Source: Octopus bimaculoides
Lineage: Eukaryota
DNA length: 64,000 bases
Assembly (NCBI RefSeq): GCF_001194135.2
Contig: NC_069003.1
Location: 5,980,791-6,044,790 of the forward strand
Direction of reading: 5' to 3'
Shown: piece after piece, positions 1 through 64,000 of the stretch
How positions within the stretch are numbered: the stretch's first letter is position 1
Layout of the letters: each line of letters begins with the position of its first letter
Made by a program: the position numbers and the translations under genes
Notes under the pieces: generated by a model
Databases searched by the model: none
The model's input: the letters and a program-made list of their open reading frames with translations, nothing else
What the model was told of the DNA's origin: nothing

Positions 1-64
1 TATTGTTATTATTATTAATTAATTATTAATTATGATTATTTTTATTATACTTTGAAAGCCTTAC

Positions 65-58112
<58,048 letters not shown>

Positions 58113-58404
58113 CTAGATGCAAAGAGAAATGAGAAAAAATTTTATTAATTTATATATGCACATATTGTGTAGCATTTAATCATATATTGGATAACAAATA
58201 CACATGGACATAAACAGGCAAGGTGTCATATAAATATTTAGATTTTAACTATACACAAACAGACAAACATGTGTGTGTGTGATGACATGGACTGCAACAA
58301 TATTAAATCTAAGGACCAGTGCTAATGGTTGGAAAATGGAGGTGGATTGAAGGAAGAACTCATGTTTCCAAATTAAATGACAATAATAAATCTATACCTT
58401 AACC

Positions 58405-58640
58405 CAGTGATTCTCAACCATTTTTTTTTTTGGCTATGGACCCCCGTTGATTCCTATTTTACTAAACTGGACCCCCAGAACCACACAATTTTTATAATTA
58501 AATATTAGGAATTGTATAAAAAAAAATTGCTATAATATTTTATGTGTTACAGAAGTACAACCAATTTATTGCAGAAAAATTTTAACAAAATCTTATATGG
58601 AACCTCTAATTGTCACATGGACCCTGGTTGAGAACTACTG
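58405..58640. mobile_element. hAT (Charlie-like) MITE, 236 bp
   Basis: 15-bp TIRs cagtgattctcaacc / ggttgagaactactg (13/15 match) and a perfect 8-bp TSD CCTTAACC (58397-58404, 58641-58648). Confidence 0.88.
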
Positions 58641-59848
58641 CCTTAACCTATGGCATGGATTTGTTGGTACCTTAAGGGCCATATAGAGCAGGTTGATGAA
58701 TAGAAGGGTCAAAAATATGAAGGACTTAGGGATTCATCTATGGATTATGACAGTGTACAGTGCCTCCAAAGGAAGGAAGATGTCATAGGTTTGTAGCTAG
58801 GCCCATAATCTCCTCTTTCGCAGGCAGAAAGTAAAAAAAGGATAATAAAACACAGATATGCAAACTGCAGAGGAGTGTAGGAAAAGCTTTGTCAAGGACA
58901 AAATAGAAATATGTGAAAAGAGGGATAGTGGTTAGGGCTTTACAAGCACAATTGGGCAGTGTATTGTGTTGTTGAACAAAACACTTCGTTTCATGTGGTT
59001 CCAGTTCACTCAGCTGGCAAAAATGAGTCGCAGCAATCGCTAGGAAGTTAACCCTACAACAAACTAGCATCCTGATCAGGGATTTAGTGTAATCGCAGAT
59101 GCTAATACACCATGGAAACTAGGCTAAGCCTTGGTCTCACAAGTTCTATGGCTCATGAGAAATTTAAAAAATAAGTGAAAGAAAGACAAATTCTCAAATG
59201 TATAGTAAAACAAAATAGTTGCTGTGAGGTTGGAGTGAAAACAGCTGTACCCAGTGTAGTAGTTACATGGGCAACAGAACAAGAAGTGTGTAATAGTATC
59301 CACTAAATGAACTCTTAACATTCCATCATAGAATCAATGCTGCAAGGGACTGCTGTAGGGAATGACACTATCAGAAACTCCTGAAATAATTATCTCCAGT
59401 TGACAAATTGACAAAGTGTATGTAACACACACATACACATACATATGTGTGAACATGTATCAGGGTGAATTAGGATGTGGTTAGTAAAACTGAGCAGATG
59501 GTGGGTCAAAGACACAAGAGTAGTGGTTGCCCACAGAGTGGAGCTGAGGTAATTGATACTGTAGAGGTGGAGAAGAAAGGTGGTGCTTCACATTGTGGCA
59601 CCAGGAGAACATGTGGTGGTAACTTCACACACCAGTGAATAGGAATGTTCTTCATGATACACTCTTCTGTTACCTTTGGACAATAATGGTTTTAATTTAA
59701 TTTTATTTAAGGAGAAGAAGAAAGCACATGAGGCAGAGTTCATTACTTTACAGGCAACCTACTTTTATCTCTTACTCATTTCAGTAACTGAACTGCAACC
59801 ACTCTTGGGTGCCACCTTGAAAAATTTAGCTGAACAAAATTGACCCCC

Positions 59849-59858
59849 NNNNNNNNNN
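59849..59858. other. Assembly gap (10 N) in a C homopolymer
   Basis: Run of N. Confidence 1.
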
Positions 59859-60770
59859 CCCCCCCCCCATGTTTCCCCTTCCCACCTATTTCTAGGTCTG
59901 ATACTTGTTCTATCAGCTGCTTTTGCAGAAATGTTAAGTTATGAGGACATAAACAAACCAACACCAGTCATCAAGAGTCGGTGGGGTAACAAACAAAGAC
60001 ACACATATAAATATACAATGGGTTTCCACACAGTTTCCATCTACTAAATTCACTCACAAGACAACGGTTAGCCTGGGCCTATAGTAGAAGACACTTGCCC
60101 CATGATGCCACGCAGTGGGACTGAACCTGAAACCAAGTGAAGCTTCTTAACTACACGGTGATGCCTGCATCTAAACCAACTATTTTACCAAATGGATCAG
60201 ACTAACTGTTACTGTTGTTTAACCCCAGGTCAACCCTGGTTGAGCAGTCCTATAATTAAAGCTATTCTCACCATGCCCACCCTCCCTTATAAGACAGTTT
60301 ACTGCTGACTGCTTTATCCCATGTGTTCATCCTTTTTTAATATATGGCCCAGCGAGTGCGATGTGAGAGACATTTAGCTGTTATATCCAGTGACTGGAGC
60401 ATTATACAGAGACTCCCTCATTGGCTCACCTATGGGGTCACACAAGTTCTTTAACCTGATTTAAGCTTAGACTTTTTGTTTACTTGATGAAACATGCCAA
60501 TGGGTGTGTTTTGTGTGTGTATGTATGTGTGTGTTATTGTTGTGAGTTTATGCTTATGGGAAGGTGGTGTATGTGTGTTAGTGTGAACATATGTAAAGAC
60601 AGAGAGGGAGTATGCACTGTACACTTGTTATGAAGGTGGTGGTGGTGGTGGTGGTGAACTACCAAACTGTGATATTTCAACGAAGTCAATTAACAAAAGA
60701 CTAACGAGAACATGATTTCATTATAAAACACAGGTCGAAGCTGTCAATAGGGAGTTGGAGTTGTGATTAA

Positions 60771-60817
<47 letters not shown>

Positions 60818-61367
60818 AGTGCTGTTTGATATAAATATGTGCATATATACACTAATCTATATTATACAATAAATGTAGGTCATCAAAGAGGTATGTGGCC
60901 TTAATTATGTATGAATATGTATGTGTGTGTGTGTGGGCATGTGTGTTGTGATGAATATCTATATGCGAGATATACATGCACATAAAAAAATGTAGGTTAT
61001 CGTATACACACGAGGTGGCAATTAGGTACACACGCTTATACATTACAAACATGCTTATATATATATATATATATATATATAGATAGATAGATATAATACA
61101 CACACAAGCATATATATTTATAGAGAAAGAGAGAGACACAAACACATGCGTACATACACATTAAATATGTAGTGTGCGTATGCATGTATTTGTCTGTGGT
61201 GGGGTGGGGTGCAAGAGAGAATTGTATGTCAAAACACATCAATTTAGGTTACCAAATTGATTTTTTTTTTTTTAGTTGAAGAAAATAAATAATGGAAGGT
61301 AATTACTGTATTAGGAGTGATTAGACATAGGTGAAGTGCAATGTGTATGTCTGTATGTGTGTGTATT

Positions 61368-61402
<35 letters not shown>

Positions 61403-61840
61403 NNNNNNNNNNNNNNNNNNNNNNNNNNNNNNNNNNNNNNNNNNNNNNNNNNNNNNNNNNNNNNNNNNNNNNNNNNNNNNNNNNNNNNNNNNNNNNNNNN
61501 NNNNNNNNNNNNNNNNNNNNNNNNNNNNNNNNNNNNNNNNNNNNNNNNNNNNNNNNNNNNNNNNNNNNNNNNNNNNNNNNNNNNNNNNNNNNNNNNNNNN
61601 NNNNNNNNNNNNNNNNNNNNNNNNNNNNNNNNNNNNNNNNNNNNNNNNNNNNNNNNNNNNNNNNNNNNNNNNNNNNNNNNNNNNNNNNNNNNNNNNNNNN
61701 NNNNNNNNNNNNNNNNNNNNNNNNNNNNNNNNNNNNNNNNNNNNNNNNNNNNNNNNNNNNNNNNNNNNNNNNNNNNNNNNNNNNNNNNNNNNNNNNNNNN
61801 NNNNNNNNNNNNNNNNNNNNNNNNNNNNNNNNNNNNNNNN
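61403..61840. other. Assembly gap (438 N) flanked by (TA)n
   Basis: Run of N. Confidence 1.
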
Positions 61841-61841
61841 N

Positions 61842-61875
<34 letters not shown>

Positions 61876-62404
61876 GCACACACACACACACATGTGCATC
61901 CACACATATACGTGCATACATACTATCATCATCATCGTTTTTATCTCCATTGTTTCCGTATACACAAGGGCCAGACAGAATTTTTGTCAGGGCTCATTCT
62001 CCAGAGCCAGATGGATGCCCTTCCTCAGACATATATGAAATGATGTAGGCACAGCTGGATAGATAAGGGGTTCACTTCGGAATTATGTGGCTTTAGGTTG
62101 TATCTCATTGCACAACACTTTGGTCAAGTTTGTTCTGCTATAGTCTCAAATTGATCAAAACCTTGTGGGTGAAAATGGTAGTTGGAAACTGTATGGAAGA
62201 TTGTTGTGTGTGTGTGCGTGTGTGTGAATGCTTATATGTGTTTTTGCAAACGGTAGTTTGAGCAAAACACTAATGCTATATATGCATTGCCTGCAGAGAA
62301 TACATCCTGTAGCTCTGACTCGTGAAGACAAGAGGAATAGAAATCCCTTAAACACAAGTGTGTGTGTGTGTGTGTGTGTACGTGTATGCACATATATATG
62401 TATA

Positions 62405-62444
<40 letters not shown>

Positions 62445-62454
62445 TTTATAATAA

Positions 62455-62625
62455 ATCATCATCATCCTTTAATGTCCGCTTTCCATGCTAGCATGGGTTG
62501 GACGATTTGACTGAGGACTGGTGAACCAGGTGGCTACACCAGGCTCCAATCTGATTTGGTAGAGTTTCTTCAGCTGGATGCCCTTCCTAACGCTAACCAC
62601 TCCGAGAGTGTAGTGGGTGCTTTTA
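62455..62625 (-). mobile_element. 3' tail of the same RTE-type retroposon
   Basis: High colinear identity to 28771-28941. Confidence 0.65.
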
Positions 62626-63889
62626 ATGGTAATAAGAGATGGTGAAGCAGTAAATTAGTTTAGTAGCAGAGTTGCAATGGAGGTGTTAGTGTTGGCAGTA
62701 GTATGATAATGTTGTGGCTTAGTTGTAGCTAAGCCCTAACTGGGTAGGTATATGACATTCCAACGCTGACCATCCTATTGGATTATGCAGAATTACATTA
62801 TTCAATTCCGCCTTTCTAACAGAGGGCAGGGTGCTATTCATGGATATTTAGCTGCTATCTATGGAGGGCTAAATAAATGACCCCTTGTGATAGGTCTAGT
62901 GGTAATGTTGGTGATGCAGTAGCTGTTGTAGTTCTCAATGAGTCACATTCAAGGCACTGTAGAAGGATGGTATCAGATGTATAAACAGTAGGTATAGAGT
63001 GAGGAGTAGATTTCACTGTTATTTCTAGCATATTAGACAAACTCCACAACATAAAAGTTCACCTGTGTGTAGGTCAAGGCCAATCAGCTTCAATTAATCA
63101 GTCACTCAAACAGAACATAAGAATATAGGTTTGTTTACATTTGGTCTTAATGTGGTTTAATTAATATACACGCATATTCAGTTACATTCCTTATATAGTT
63201 CATAGTGTTTGTTATAGAAGTTCATTAATTACAAAGATGAGAGATGAAAAAGAATGGAAGGACAAAAAGAAGGAAAATCCCTAACAGGGGGTCTGTATTG
63301 TAAACTGGGTGGAAGGATAGAAAACATTGTTAAATGGAGAATACTGAAATACAAGACTGGAAGTTATACTGAACTAGCTACATCTCAAAAGATTTTAATC
63401 ACACACTAATACTAAATACAAGTATGTGTACATTGACTATGATGACAGCTGCCACCATCAGTTAGCATCTTTTTTCAAAGCTGGAATGGATTGGATGGTT
63501 TGACAGGATCTAGTGAGCCATAGAGCTACATTCAGCTCCAAATACCGGTTTTGACAAGGGTTCTACAGTTGGCTGCCCTTTCTAATGCAAACCACTTCAC
63601 AGTGTGCTGTGCTTTGTCACATATAGATTAGATATTAGCAATGGAAGTAGTATTGTACTAAATAGCAATCTTATATCCTACTTAATGTGGATGTAAAGTA
63701 AGAACACCATAATACTGTACTATTCATATTGAAATGTAAAACTGTTTCATTTCTCTCCTGCCAACTTTTCCCAGAAGAGCCATTCGAAATGCTGGATTTT
63801 CTACTCCTCACAGTACATTCACTGTGATCTTTAATTTTATTACATAAATATAAGTTTTGCTTATGCAGACCACCAACAGCGTCTTTAGA

Positions 63890-63938
<49 letters not shown>

Positions 63939-64000
63939 CCCTGCAACCATCAACTTGCAAACTGTTTAAGAGGAGCATCAACTGCATCTATCTCACTAGT

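Overview
AT-rich, repeat-dense animal genomic DNA. The SINE/LINE-tail families, abundant (TA)n/(CA)n/(GA)n tracts and N-gaps next to (TA)n point to a coleoid cephalopod, probably octopus (inference). The window lies inside one minus-strand gene encoding a DCC/neogenin/protogenin-family Ig-superfamily protein, best matching protogenin (PRTG-like). I traced 12 coding exons by hand (58112 down to 65; 1992 nt, 664 codons), all with AG/GT boundaries and compatible phases. They give 4 Ig domains, 2 complete FN3 domains and most of a third. The signal-peptide exon and the 3' end lie outside the window. The introns hold a defective Tc1 transposon with intact TIRs, a mariner deletion derivative, hAT- and piggyBac-type MITEs, a non-autonomous Helitron, several tRNA-derived SINE families, RTE- and CR1-like LINE remnants, microsatellites and five assembly gaps. 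Best leads, all unproven: a CpG-rich promoter-like island in the 14.4-kb intron with a candidate signal-peptide exon that could give an isoform lacking Ig1-Ig2; a pair of Cys substitutions predicted to face each other in FN3-1; and an inverted SINE pair able to form dsRNA. No CRISPR, rRNA or true tRNA gene was seen.
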